A DNA stretch of 64,000 nt, taken from assembly GCA_963699755.1 (NCBI GenBank), contig CAVOVB010000001.1, positions 864,001 through 928,000 on the forward strand. The letters are read 5' to 3'. Below the pieces are notes generated by a model. The model saw only the letters and a list, made by a program, of their open reading frames with translations, was not told the origin of the DNA and did not search any database. Shown one piece after another: positions 28,625 to 40,089 of this stretch (positions within the stretch are counted from its first letter, which is position 1; every line of letters begins with the position of its first letter). The position numbers were made by a program, and so were the translations under genes. The DNA comes from an uncultured delta proteobacterium. Its GTDB lineage: Bacteria > Myxococcota_A > Polyangia > Polyangiales > Houyiibacteriaceae.

Positions 28625-28863
28625 GAAAAACTCCTCGATGGGGTCTCGCCCACAATGGATGAGACCCGGCCTCGCCCCGGCAGGCGCCAGACGCCGCGAT
28701 GCACAGCGCCCAGCAAAGGTGCCCCGCGCAGTCGAGGGCGGGAGGCGCGCGAAGCCTTCCTGGACCGCGACTTCTCCCTTTCTCGGGGAACAATTGCGTA
28801 TGGACAGTGGTTATCGGAGGTGTTTTGATTGGGAATCGATCCTTTAGGGCGGAGTCGAACAGC

Positions 28864-29292
28864 ATGGCCTCCTGGAAGAACAGCATCGAAATCCACGCAC
28901 CCTCAGAGAGGGTGTTCGCCTATGTGGACGACCCGATGACCTTGTCGGAGTGGATTCCGGGCTTGGTTGAAGTTCACAATGTGATTGGGAGCGGCGAAGG
29001 CCAGCAGGAGGAGTGGACCTACAAACTGGTAGGGCTTCTGCTTCGCGGGCAGGCTACTGTCGTCGAGCACGTTCCCAATCGACTTGCCGTGCATCAGACC
29101 ATCGGGATGGCGCACGGCACGGTTGGATACGGGGTCGAGCCCCATCCGGAAGGGACGACACTGACCCTCGAGATCGAGTACGAGATCCCGTTCCCGGTAC
29201 TAGGCAAGATTGCGGAGCACGTCCTCATCAGGCGGAACACCCGGGAGTTCGAGCTGGCCCTGCTCAACGTCAAAGAGGCGCTGGAAGCCTAG
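28864..29292 (+). CDS. SRPBCC (polyketide cyclase/START-like) family protein
   Basis: SIEIHAPSERVFAYVDDP..EWIPGL, C-terminal helix LLNVKEALEA. Confidence 0.8.
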   Translation: MASWKNSIEIHAPSERVFAYVDDPMTLSEWIPGLVEVHNVIGSGEGQQEEWTYKLVGLLLRGQATVVEHVPNRLAVHQTIGMAHGTVGYGVEPHPEGTTLTLEIEYEIPFPVLGKIAEHVLIRRNTREFELALLNVKEALEA

Positions 29293-29297
29293 CCGCG

Positions 29298-30539
29298 TCA
29301 GTCCGTGGCGCGGACCTGGACGGTCGTCGGGCGGTCTTCGGGCATCGGGAGGATGGCATTCCAGCCCGGCGGCAAGACCGGCTCGGTCAGCTGGAAGAGG
29401 TAGCGGGCATCTGCCGGGGAGAGGTTGATGCAGCCGTGGCTTCGGCGGCGGCCGAAGTCGTCGTGCCAGAAAGCGGCGTGGAAGCCGTAGCTGCCCTTGA
29501 AGAACTGCACCCAGGGAACGTCTTGAATCGAATAGTTCTTTTCGACGTCGGTGCGCTCGATGTCATCCATGTCGGAGTACTCGAGCTTGGCCCAGATCTG
29601 GAACACACCGACGGGGGTTTCGGATTGCCTGCTGTCGCGGCCGGTTGAAACCAGGGTTGCAAAAATTGGCCACGGGCCTTCGTAGGCGACCAGCACCTGC
29701 TGGTCGATGTCGATGTCGATCCAGCGGTCGGTGGGGCCGACGCCTTCGGGAGGGTCGACGAGCTGGCTCCGCGCGAGCGCTGCGGTTTTGACCCAGCCTC
29801 CCCCTCTGAGCTTGGTCCAGGCGCCCTTGCTGGCTCCGATGCGCACGACGCTGTGGCGCTGGAGTTGCCCGAGCACACGGCCCTGCGGCCTCTCGTACAG
29901 TTTCGCCGGCCGAATCGAAACCCAAGCGAGGTCGAGCGCCGCGCCTCGGGCGAGCTTCACGCCGCGAAACGTGCTTCCGTCGACGAAGTGGACCGAGCCG
30001 CGTTCGATCCAGAGGTGGCGGCGAGTGCGAATGAACTCGACGCCCTCGTAGACCTGCTCGCCGGTAATGACGATGCCATATCCCTTGCCAAGCGCTTCGC
30101 TGTAGTCGTTTCTGAAGTAGTCGCTCGGATGCGCGTAGGCGCGGGTGCCGTCGAAGCGGACGAAAGCGTAGCGCTGCGGCAAGCGCCTGCTTCGGTCTAG
30201 GAGCAGGTCTCGCTTCGGTCCGGGTGGCGCGGGAGAAGGCTCTACGTGCTCTTCGCAGATGAAGAGCTCGTCCCGGGTCTGGTACCAGACTCCGGTCGAA
30301 CAACCTTTCCCAAACACCCTACGCGTGAAGCCGAGGCGCGTGCCTGCGCCAACCGTCCCCCGGCGACGCGACTCGCTGTCCGGAGAAAGCATCACCGGGG
30401 CACCGTCGTTGACGACTTCGACTGACTTGGCCCAGGATGGCGCCGGCGCTGCGGTCTCGGCAAGGTCCGCGTCGGCTGAAGCCGCTCGGGGCCAGCCGAA
30501 AGCCAGCGCTGCAAACAGGAGAACTGTCGCCCTGCCCAT
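29298..30539 (-). CDS. L,D-transpeptidase (YkuD domain), exported
   Basis: WIDIDIDQQVLVAYEG, VSTGR, TPVGVF, HAAFWHDDFGRRRSHGCINL; signal peptide. Confidence 0.92.
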   Translation of the reverse strand: MGRATVLLFAALAFGWPRAASADADLAETAAPAPSWAKSVEVVNDGAPVMLSPDSESRRRGTVGAGTRLGFTRRVFGKGCSTGVWYQTRDELFICEEHVEPSPAPPGPKRDLLLDRSRRLPQRYAFVRFDGTRAYAHPSDYFRNDYSEALGKGYGIVITGEQVYEGVEFIRTRRHLWIERGSVHFVDGSTFRGVKLARGAALDLAWVSIRPAKLYERPQGRVLGQLQRHSVVRIGASKGAWTKLRGGGWVKTAALARSQLVDPPEGVGPTDRWIDIDIDQQVLVAYEGPWPIFATLVSTGRDSRQSETPVGVFQIWAKLEYSDMDDIERTDVEKNYSIQDVPWVQFFKGSYGFHAAFWHDDFGRRRSHGCINLSPADARYLFQLTEPVLPPGWNAILPMPEDRPTTVQVRATD

Positions 30540-30573
30540 CGACTCCATCATAGGGGAGAGCGATGTGGATCGC

Positions 30574-31970
<1,397 letters not shown>

Positions 31971-31974
<4 letters not shown>

Positions 31975-32642
31975 TCGGCGTCCTTTCGAATGGCTCGAAT
32001 GGCCGCCGCATAGTCGCCCTGATTGAAGACTGCGCTGCCCGCGACAATCACGTCGGCCCCGGCTTCGACGACTTGGCGCGCGACACCCGGCTTCACGCCA
32101 CCGTCGACTTCGAGGTCGATGTCGAGGCCCGCCTTGTCGATCATGGCACGAATCCGAGCGAGCTTGTCGTTGGCGGACGGGATGAAGCTCTGGCCTCCAA
32201 AGCCAGGGTTGACGCTCATGACGAGGATCAGGTCGACCTCTGCCAGGACGTAGCGTAGGCAATCGGGAGGCGTATGGGGGTTGAAAGACACGCCCGCGCG
32301 CTTTCCGAGCGTGCGGATCTGCTGGAGCGTCCGGTGCAAGTGGGTGCAGGCCTCCGCGTGGACGGTGATGATGTCCGCGCCGGCGTCGGCAAACGACTGA
32401 ACATACTTCTCGGGTTCGACAATCATCAGGTGCACGTCGACGACGCGCGTGGTCGCGGCGCGGATGGCTTCGACCACCAGCGGGCCGATTGTAATGTTTG
32501 GCACGAAACGGCCGTCCATGACATCGACGTGGATCCAGTCGGCGCCCGCTTGCTCGACGGCCTGGACTTCGGCTTCGAGTCGGCCAAAATTGGCCGAAAG
32601 GACAGAGGGGGCGATTCGGAGCGGTTTTGGGGAGCGGGGCAC
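31971..32642 (-). CDS. rpe: Ribulose-phosphate 3-epimerase
   Basis: [45 protein letters not shown]; start GTG 32642 or ATG 32669. Confidence 0.97.
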
Positions 32643-32755
32643 CGCAGCAGTCAAGCGCCGCGGGGGCATCGTGTCAATGGCATCCGTTCCTTGACCTGCA
32701 CTGTCCCGGCAACGGACAATGGAAAGACGCCTCAGGGGAGGGCAGACGAGCTGAG

Positions 32756-34231
32756 ATGACCGATCAGCGATACAACCTGATCGAACGACTTGAGGCCGGG
32801 GGCATGGCCGAGGTTTTCCTTGCGGAAGCCACGAGCGTTCAGGGTTTCAAGAAGCGGGTCGCTATCAAGCGCGTTTTGCCTCATCTCGCCTCGCACGCGA
32901 ATTTCATCGGGATGTTTCTGGACGAGGCGCGGCTCGGAGCGCGGCTGACGCACGCGAACATCGTTAGCGTCTTCGACATCGGCAAGTCGGACAACAGCTT
33001 TTTCATCGTGATGGAGTTCGTCGACGGGACGAACCTGAAGAAGATCATGGAAACGCTGCGGGTCAAACGGCAGCCCTTCCCCCTCAAGGACGTCATCTAC
33101 ATTGCGATGGAAGCCTGCCGCGGCCTGAGCTACGCGCACGAGCTCCTCGACGACGACGGAAAGCTGGTCGAGCTGGTTCACCGGGACGTGTCGCCACCGA
33201 ACATCCTGATCAGCAAACGTGGCGAGGTGAAGGTCACCGATTTCGGCCTGGCGAAGGCGCGAACGCAGCTCGAACGGACGGACCCCGGCGTCGTAAAAGG
33301 CAAGTTCAGCTACCTGTCGCCTGAAGTGGCCAACGGGCAGCCGGTTGATGCGCGCGCCGACATTTTCGCGCTCGGTGTGTGCATCTGGGAAATGCTGTCC
33401 GGGCGGCGTTTGTTTCTGGGCGATACCGACTACGACACGGTCCAGGCCGTTTCGAGCGCCGATGTCCCGAGCCTGGTGGGGGACCACCCCGAGGTAGACC
33501 CTCAATTCGAAACCCTGCTCCTCCGATCGCTCGCCAGAAACCCTGCGGAGCGTTTCCAGACGGCGCGGGAGTTCGGCGACGCGCTGGCGAGCTATCTCTT
33601 TCACCATCAGATGAAGGTGACCTCGTACGACATTGCGAACCTGGTCGCCGCCGCACTGGAGCGCCAGAAGTCGGTGCCGCCTCAGCCCATGATGATTGAC
33701 GGCATGATCCAAGAAGAGCTGGCTAGGTTCACCTCGCTCGACAGCACGGTCAACATGCCCGCCGACCCGTCGAAACCGTTCCGCCTCAGCCCCGACGACG
33801 AAGGCGCACGGCCGCTGGTGGCCTCGGATTTCGTCGATCCTAGCAATTGGTTCTCGGGCGACCGAGAGGTCGAGACGGCGATCGAAACCGTGCGCACCAG
33901 CGCACCGCCCGGTGCGACCATGGGCTGGTTCGAGTCCAAGGACAGTCGGTCGACGGCTCCGCGCCGAGGGGCTATGCCCATGGGCCCATCGCTGATGCCA
34001 TCTCCTCGAGGCGGTGAAGAAGATGGGCGGGGGCCGGTGATGACGTTCCGCGCGCCGGGCGCCGCGCCGATCTCGTTTGCGGACAAGAAAGCCAGCAAGC
34101 CAGTCGAAGAGAAGAAGGCCGAGCCGATCTCCACGCGCAAGCCGGGCGGCTCCAAGCTTGCCCTCATCATCGCAGGGGTCGTGGCGCTGGCCGCGATTGG
34201 CGTTGCCGTCGGCTGGTTCGTCACGCAATAG
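32756..34231 (+). CDS. Hanks-type Ser/Thr protein kinase with C-terminal TM
   Basis: [35 protein letters not shown]; terminal hydrophobic helix. Confidence 0.95.
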   Translation: MTDQRYNLIERLEAGGMAEVFLAEATSVQGFKKRVAIKRVLPHLASHANFIGMFLDEARLGARLTHANIVSVFDIGKSDNSFFIVMEFVDGTNLKKIMETLRVKRQPFPLKDVIYIAMEACRGLSYAHELLDDDGKLVELVHRDVSPPNILISKRGEVKVTDFGLAKARTQLERTDPGVVKGKFSYLSPEVANGQPVDARADIFALGVCIWEMLSGRRLFLGDTDYDTVQAVSSADVPSLVGDHPEVDPQFETLLLRSLARNPAERFQTAREFGDALASYLFHHQMKVTSYDIANLVAAALERQKSVPPQPMMIDGMIQEELARFTSLDSTVNMPADPSKPFRLSPDDEGARPLVASDFVDPSNWFSGDREVETAIETVRTSAPPGATMGWFESKDSRSTAPRRGAMPMGPSLMPSPRGGEEDGRGPVMTFRAPGAAPISFADKKASKPVEEKKAEPISTRKPGGSKLALIIAGVVALAAIGVAVGWFVTQ

Positions 34232-36383
34232 GTCGACGCTTCGCCTTGGCTCGGACGCCTCGGCTCAGTTGACGAAGACGCTGGTAGTCTTGTAACGGCA
34301 AGGCTTGCTCGCCAAAGCGCACGGCGAGGTAGGCATCGGTGACCTCCCGAACCTCATCGGCCGCGGGGAAGCCAGCTCGGTCGAGCTCCTTGGCGTGCTC
34401 GGCCGGTGTGACGTCCGGTGGACGCGCTTGCCCGGCGCTCCGAAGGCTGCTCTCGAGCGAAAGGTAGAGACGAACGGCGCGGTCCCGGTTGGGGTCGAGC
34501 TGTCGCCCTGCGCGGGTTTGGCGCCGGCGTTTGCGGCTCCATCGAACGAGCAAGGCCCCGGCGCCAAAGACGCTCACGACCGCGATGAACCAACGCCAAT
34601 CGGGGCGAAACGGAATGGGCCCCAACGAGTCCTCGGCGGGGGACTTGCTTTCTGCGTCGAAGTGCTGAGCATGCCGATCGCCGCGGAGGGATCGGTACCA
34701 GTCTGCGAGGCCGTGCAAGGCCTTTGCCTGGTCACGTATATTGAATTCGACGACGTACTCGGCCCAGCGCACGCGCATCGCGTCGACCAGCTGTCGCATC
34801 TTCACGGCCAGTCCAGAGGGTGCTGCAAAGACCTGGCCGGAGGCTGGCGTCGGGTCGTAGGTGCGCCAACGGCCCTCGATGTACACCTCGACCCAGCTGT
34901 GGGCGTTTCCGTTTCGAACCGCGTAGTAGTCGCCGTAGGGGTTGTAGTCCGCGCCGAGAAACCCGGTGACGTTACGCGCGGGCAGTCCGAGCGAGCGCAT
35001 CATGATCGCCATCGCGGTGGAGAAGTACTCGCAGTGCCCCGCTTTGGCTTCGAACAAAAAGACGTTGAGCGGATCTTTGCCTTGCGTGTCCGGCTGCTCG
35101 AGCGTGTAGCGGTACTTGCCCCCCCCGCGCAGGTATCGCTCGACGTACTGCGCCTGCGCATATGGGTTGGCGGCGCCCTGGGTGACCTCCCGCGCCAAGT
35201 CGGCGACGCGGCCGTAGCCAGGTGGAACCTCCACGTAGCGTCGGCGAAGCGGGTTCGGGATCCTCTCAGGAAAGCCACGCGACTTCACCTCGACCACGGC
35301 CTTGTACGTCAGAGGACCTTCGATGCGACCCCCGTAGCGGATGTCGAGGCCAGGCGACTGAGTGATGCGCCGATATCGATTGCGACCAGAGCGGAGCACC
35401 GGCGGCACCTGGAGGGCCACTGTCCCATCGGGCAAGAACAAGACGGCCTCGTCCATGGGGTCGAGAATGATCTCGTACTCGAGGTCGTCGGGGTCTTGGG
35501 GGCGGAAAACGATGTACTCGTCTTGAAGGCGTTTCAGCTCTTCGCCGGCGACTTGCGTCCGCGACCATCGTCCTTCGCTGTAGCGGTCGAACGAGGTGCC
35601 CCGGAGGCGCAGGTTGAGCGAACGGGGTGCCGGGTCGGGTCGGGTCTTCGGCTTGACTCGCATGACGACTGTGGGGTCGTCGCGAATCGTGCCAAAACCG
35701 CCGAGCTCTACATCGTCACCGAATCCGGCCACTGACTGTGTCCGCACGCCAAGCCCCGAGAGGTAGCCAAAACCGACGCGCGGAAACGCGACGAACATCG
35801 CCGCGGTCAGCACGAAAAGCGGAAGCGCGAGAAGCGTCGTCCCACCAAAGAACGCGGGCGTCGCAAGCGCCTTGCTCTGGAGCTCGCTCCGGAGCATCGG
35901 GCTTTGGGCGCCGTACTCGCTCTCGAGCTCTTTTCTCAGATGCGTGAGCGCGAGCATCCAGGGCATGACGAGGACGAAACCAAAGAAGACGAAGGCAAAG
36001 TCGAGGCCGGTGGAAAAGACGGTGCCCGCGATCAGGTGCAGGAAGCCGAGGATCGCGATCTGCTGATGGTCGGCTGCGGTCTTGCGATGTGAGAGTCGCG
36101 AAATTTGAAGGAACGCGGCGTATTGAACGCCGACGGACAGGATCGGCTCTCCGAGCATGGCACGCGCGATTTGAACGCCAAGAACCACCACAGCGGCGAT
36201 GTTCCAGAAGCGCGAGTAGCCCGGTCGGTCGATGAGAGGCGGCTCGGCAAACCAACTCGCCGCAAAGGCCAGGACCACGACAATCGACTCGACGGGGCTG
36301 AAAGTCGTGCCGAGCAACAAGGCGAGTAGGCCGAGAGCTGCGAAGAGGTACGTCACCAGCTTGTGGGCAAAGCCGAATCTCAT
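34221..36383 (-). CDS. TgpA-like transglutaminase domain membrane protein (DUF3488)
   Basis: N-terminal TMs, GHCEYFSTAM, HSWVEVY, YDPTP catalytic triad. Confidence 0.9.
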   Translation of the reverse strand: MRFGFAHKLVTYLFAALGLLALLLGTTFSPVESIVVVLAFAASWFAEPPLIDRPGYSRFWNIAAVVVLGVQIARAMLGEPILSVGVQYAAFLQISRLSHRKTAADHQQIAILGFLHLIAGTVFSTGLDFAFVFFGFVLVMPWMLALTHLRKELESEYGAQSPMLRSELQSKALATPAFFGGTTLLALPLFVLTAAMFVAFPRVGFGYLSGLGVRTQSVAGFGDDVELGGFGTIRDDPTVVMRVKPKTRPDPAPRSLNLRLRGTSFDRYSEGRWSRTQVAGEELKRLQDEYIVFRPQDPDDLEYEIILDPMDEAVLFLPDGTVALQVPPVLRSGRNRYRRITQSPGLDIRYGGRIEGPLTYKAVVEVKSRGFPERIPNPLRRRYVEVPPGYGRVADLAREVTQGAANPYAQAQYVERYLRGGGKYRYTLEQPDTQGKDPLNVFLFEAKAGHCEYFSTAMAIMMRSLGLPARNVTGFLGADYNPYGDYYAVRNGNAHSWVEVYIEGRWRTYDPTPASGQVFAAPSGLAVKMRQLVDAMRVRWAEYVVEFNIRDQAKALHGLADWYRSLRGDRHAQHFDAESKSPAEDSLGPIPFRPDWRWFIAVVSVFGAGALLVRWSRKRRRQTRAGRQLDPNRDRAVRLYLSLESSLRSAGQARPPDVTPAEHAKELDRAGFPAADEVREVTDAYLAVRFGEQALPLQDYQRLRQLSRGVRAKAKRRPIA

Positions 36384-37369
36384 GCGGCACTCCTCTTGTT
36401 TTCATGACCCGGGGCCCGGGCGCGCGCAGGCCGAAGGAGCGCGAGGAATTGCCAAATGGGGTCAGGCGGGGTTCCGCCAGGAACGAGCGGTGAGACACCG
36501 TCACTCGCCTGAACCTGCACCGAAACGCCCTGGGCGAGGTAGTGCGAAGCGAGGGTCGCGGTCTCGGAAATCGAATTTTCGAAGCGTTCGAGCCAGGCGG
36601 CTTCATGGCCGCCAGTGGACGGTAGAAGGTTGTCTACGCTCAAGGTCACCAGCGCGCTCGATTCCTGCTCATGCTCGCGAATCACCAGCTCGCCTCGGCT
36701 CGCGGTTCGTTTCCAATGGATATTCCGCGCCTCGTCGCCTTCGCGATAGAAGCGCACGCTGCCCGCGAACTCGCTGCCGCTACCGGTTTGGTGAATCGGC
36801 GCGGCATCTCCCTGCATCGGGCGGAGTGGGGACGCGGCAGCGTGTTCGAGGAGCTTCGGATAGACGACGATCTCGTCGGGCAAATAGATCGTGTAGCCCT
36901 TCTCGATGAGGCCGAACGGATAGCGTGTGAGCACCCGCATGGTTCCAAGCTCGAAGATCCCGCGACGCGGCGATTCGAAGCGATAGCTCGCGACGGCGGT
37001 CGCTCCCGGCAAGACGCGCACGAATCGAGCTGCTTGTGTTTCTTCGCCATCGACCTCGTCGATGGCTTCGACCGAGACGCTCGAGAGCCAGCGTTTCTCG
37101 TTGAGCACGGCGATGTCGATGAGCGAACGCCGCCCGGCGAAGAGTCGCGCGGGCAATTGGCGCTTGATCTGGAGCTTCCAAAGCGCGAGGTCACTGAGGA
37201 CACCGCTCACCAAGAGCAGGCTTAGAAGCAATCCTAGGACCAAATAGAGAAGGTTGTTGGCGGTGTTCACGGCGGCGAGGCCGACACCGATGGTGACGAA
37301 GAGAAACGCCCTCCCCTCGCGCGTCAGCCGAAACCTTCGCCGTCTTCGCTTTCGCCGAAAGATTCGCAT
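36380..37369 (-). CDS. DUF58 domain protein
   Basis: AAVNTANNLLYL, YPFGL, RFYREGDEARNIHWKRTA; between moxR and transglutaminase. Confidence 0.9.
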   Translation of the reverse strand: MRIFRRKRRRRRFRLTREGRAFLFVTIGVGLAAVNTANNLLYLVLGLLLSLLLVSGVLSDLALWKLQIKRQLPARLFAGRRSLIDIAVLNEKRWLSSVSVEAIDEVDGEETQAARFVRVLPGATAVASYRFESPRRGIFELGTMRVLTRYPFGLIEKGYTIYLPDEIVVYPKLLEHAAASPLRPMQGDAAPIHQTGSGSEFAGSVRFYREGDEARNIHWKRTASRGELVIREHEQESSALVTLSVDNLLPSTGGHEAAWLERFENSISETATLASHYLAQGVSVQVQASDGVSPLVPGGTPPDPIWQFLALLRPARARAPGHENKRSAA

Positions 37370-37381
37370 CGACTGGCCCGA

Positions 37382-38347
37382 TTAGAGTGGAACAGAGACG
37401 ACCGTGAGTAGCTCACGAATCACGCGCTGCGCATCGTCCCGCATCGCAGCTCCACCCATTCCGCCGCTGACCTTCACGCGGTGGGCCAAGACGGGGCCCG
37501 CAAGCGCTTTGACGTCGTCAGGCAGCACGAAGGAGCGACCTTCGACCAGGGCCCGCGCCCGCGCCGCGCGCTCAAACCCGAGCGCACCTCGTGTGGATAC
37601 GCCAACGGACAGAAGCGGCGTGTTTCGAGTGGCGATCACGATTCGATGCAGATAGTCGAGGATTGCGTCGTCGACGCGCACCGAGTCGACTGCCTGCTGG
37701 ACGTGCCGAAGCTCGTTCGCGCTCATCACGGCCTTGAGTTGTTGGACCGGGTCTGCGCCACGACGATTGAGCACCTCGCGCTCGACGCCAGGCGGCGGGT
37801 AGCCCACGCTGAGCCGCACGAGGAATCGGTCGAGCTGTGATTCAGGTAGCGGGTAGGTCCCGTAGAACTCCTGCGGGTTCTGTGTGGCCACCACGAAGAA
37901 CGGCTCCTCCAGGGGATAGGTCTCCCCGTCGATCGATACCTGCCGCTCATCCATCGCTTCGAGAAGCGCGCTTTGTGTCTTGGGCGTGGTTCGGTTGACT
38001 TCATCAGCGAGTAACACCTGCGTGAAGATCGGGCCCGGCCGAAACTCGAAGGTACTCGTCGACTGATTGAACACGTTGCCACCGAGGACGTCGGTCGGCA
38101 TCAAATCCGAAGTGCACTGCAGGCGTCGGAACGTCACACCGACCGAAGCCGCCAGGGAGCGCGCTAGGGTCGTCTTGCCTACGCCGGGAACGTCCTCGAG
38201 CAAGAGATGCCCGCGCGCCAGGAGCGAGACGACCGCCAACTTGATGACCTCTTCTTTGCCCCGAACGACCAGCGCGATGTTCTTAACGAGGCGCCGAGAC
38301 AGCAAGGTGGCGTTTTCCGAGATGTGCGCGACGCTTGGTTGAGCCAC
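37382..38347 (-). CDS. moxR: MoxR family AAA+ ATPase
   Basis: EDVPGVGKT, LADEVNRTTPKTQSALLEAM, ATQNP, PLPESQLDRF. Confidence 0.95.
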   Translation of the reverse strand: MAQPSVAHISENATLLSRRLVKNIALVVRGKEEVIKLAVVSLLARGHLLLEDVPGVGKTTLARSLAASVGVTFRRLQCTSDLMPTDVLGGNVFNQSTSTFEFRPGPIFTQVLLADEVNRTTPKTQSALLEAMDERQVSIDGETYPLEEPFFVVATQNPQEFYGTYPLPESQLDRFLVRLSVGYPPPGVEREVLNRRGADPVQQLKAVMSANELRHVQQAVDSVRVDDAILDYLHRIVIATRNTPLLSVGVSTRGALGFERAARARALVEGRSFVLPDDVKALAGPVLAHRVKVSGGMGGAAMRDDAQRVIRELLTVVSVPL

Positions 38348-38457
38348 CTAAGGAGCCTATCATACTCGACGATGTGGGTAAAATATTACAATATGACTGA
38401 CCTCTCGGTCAGCCATCCACTGTTTGTCCACAGTTGCTCCATTCGCTGAAGACCCAG

Positions 38458-39705
38458 CTATTCCGTTGTCTTGGAATCTGAACGTGCCGGAGAGTCCACA
38501 GTCTCCGTTGAGGACAGGATCGCGTTGGGGTCCTCGAAGAGGAATGCCTCGATCTCGGCTCGTTGAGCATGTGCATCGCGCCGACCCATCTCGATGAGGG
38601 TCTGGGCGAACGCGCCGTCGAAGAGGAGGTAACTCGCCAGATCCGCGTCGGCCCCGGCACCGACATCGAGCATGCTGATGAACGCGCGTCCGAGGCTCTT
38701 GCCAAAGCGAACCCGATTGGAGGCGAGATACTCAGAAGCGACCTGTCCAATGTCGATTGTCGGCCGCAAGACCAAGGAGCTCAGCAAGCGTCGCTCCGCC
38801 AGCGCGCCCCGCGCCCGCGCCGCATCGTTGATCCGATCGAGAAACTCCGGACCGTAGGCGCGCACACCGTCCCGAAGAAAGTCGTTGATGCGCTGAACTT
38901 CTAGAAGGTCCGTGTTGACGTGATCGAGAAGGAACGCGTTGAGCACTTTTCCAAGCATGTACGTCGCGCCCGGGTACTTGCCGTCTTGCACCGCACGCGG
39001 GCCGGGAGCGTGAGGGGTCGAAAGCCCAATCACCAGCAAACGGTTCATGCCGAGATGAACCGAAGGCCCCATCGGCGTATTGAGGCGAAGACCGCCGTCA
39101 CAGTGGATCTCGTCGCCGATTTCAACCGGTGGGAAGATCAGCGGAATCGCCGCCGAAGCGAGCACATGGTGCTGGCCGATCTGGGCGCGGCGTACCAGCG
39201 CATGAAGGCCCAAGCTCTCCGGAATTCCAACGCCAGGGGCTGCGTCGACGAAAATCACGGGTTGACCGGTGCCGACGTGGGTGGTGCTCACGGTGAGCGC
39301 TCGAAGCGCACCGCTTCGAATGTTCTGCCTGAGCCGGCGCCAGCGAACGTTCCTACCTACCAGAGCGGAGAGCGGGCCGGGGTCGAAGACGCCGCGCGCC
39401 TGGCCAGTGCCGCCAAGAAGCACGCGATAGAGGCCCGCGGCTTGACGGAGACCAAAACCGAGGACGTGCGCTAGCTCGAGCTCCGTCCAGATCGACACGA
39501 GCTGTTTCACCGCGCTCGGCACGTCCCCAATGGCAGAGGCGACGAATGTCCCGTTGACGGCGCCGACGCTGGTGCCCGAAATCAGGTCGACCTTCGGTCC
39601 GACCCCTTTGGTATCGACGAACTCGCTGAAGATGTACTGCAGGACGCCAACCTCATACGCGCCTCGCGCACCGCCTCCTGAAAGTATCAAGCCAAGACCA
39701 CTCAC
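38458..39705 (-). CDS. Patatin-like phospholipase
   Basis: GGGARGAY, nucleophile GTSVG, DGG motif. Confidence 0.9.
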   Translation of the reverse strand: MSGLGLILSGGGARGAYEVGVLQYIFSEFVDTKGVGPKVDLISGTSVGAVNGTFVASAIGDVPSAVKQLVSIWTELELAHVLGFGLRQAAGLYRVLLGGTGQARGVFDPGPLSALVGRNVRWRRLRQNIRSGALRALTVSTTHVGTGQPVIFVDAAPGVGIPESLGLHALVRRAQIGQHHVLASAAIPLIFPPVEIGDEIHCDGGLRLNTPMGPSVHLGMNRLLVIGLSTPHAPGPRAVQDGKYPGATYMLGKVLNAFLLDHVNTDLLEVQRINDFLRDGVRAYGPEFLDRINDAARARGALAERRLLSSLVLRPTIDIGQVASEYLASNRVRFGKSLGRAFISMLDVGAGADADLASYLLFDGAFAQTLIEMGRRDAHAQRAEIEAFLFEDPNAILSSTETVDSPARSDSKTTE

Positions 39706-40013
39706 TATGCTTCCTCGTCTTCACAGCGTAACAGTCGGAGAGGCTTCTCGCCGAAATCATCGCTCGAAAGCAGGCTCCGAATCTCTGGCGGGAGCCAAAT
39801 TTCGCCATGGGGCAAGCGGCGGAGCGCGCCGAGCAGCACTTCGGCCCGGCGCCAGGGCGGGGCGCTCGGTGAAATATAGAGCAGCATCTCGCCCCGGACA
39901 CTGCAAAGGCCTCCGTCGACATGGGCTTCGTCCGGAAGCTCTTCTTCGCGCAAGCGTATCCCCAGGCGCGTCAGAGCCCGTTCCAGAGCGTCGAGCCGAA
40001 CCGCTAGTTCCAC
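39705..40013 (-). CDS. Hypothetical protein, 102 aa
   Basis: LGIRLREE..GGLCSVRG..IWLPPEIRSLL; stop abuts patatin start. Confidence 0.6.
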   Translation of the reverse strand: MELAVRLDALERALTRLGIRLREEELPDEAHVDGGLCSVRGEMLLYISPSAPPWRRAEVLLGALRRLPHGEIWLPPEIRSLLSSDDFGEKPLRLLRCEDEEA

Positions 40014-40089
40014 GGCCCTAGCGTGCGGCGGTAGACCGAGCCCCGCAATCTAGTCGTTTCGGGGAGCGATTTGCTAAGATGCCCAGACC

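Noticed and set aside
28640..28860. Possible riboswitch (e.g. c-di-GMP) or ncRNA upstream of the Tad operon
   Set aside because: Only a weak hairpin; I could not match the conserved riboswitch motifs. An Rfam/Infernal scan would settle it
27697..28896. Apparent 399-aa prepilin peptidase with a long N-terminal extension
   Set aside because: The extension is Arg-rich read-through across two pilin genes in other frames; the peptidase starts at 28242
32732..34228. Long antisense or alternative-frame ORFs (also 30259-31728, 34305-35735, 59372-60910, 60693-61853, 62426-63802)
   Set aside because: They shadow well-supported genes, have no recognisable motifs, and are expected from GC-rich codon bias
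34221..38347. moxR-DUF58-transglutaminase cluster as a new system
   Set aside because: Widespread, previously described gene triad
38424..38432. DnaA-box-like TTGTCCACA as a sign of oriC
   Set aside because: Single box in a short gap with no dnaA/dnaN/gidA context
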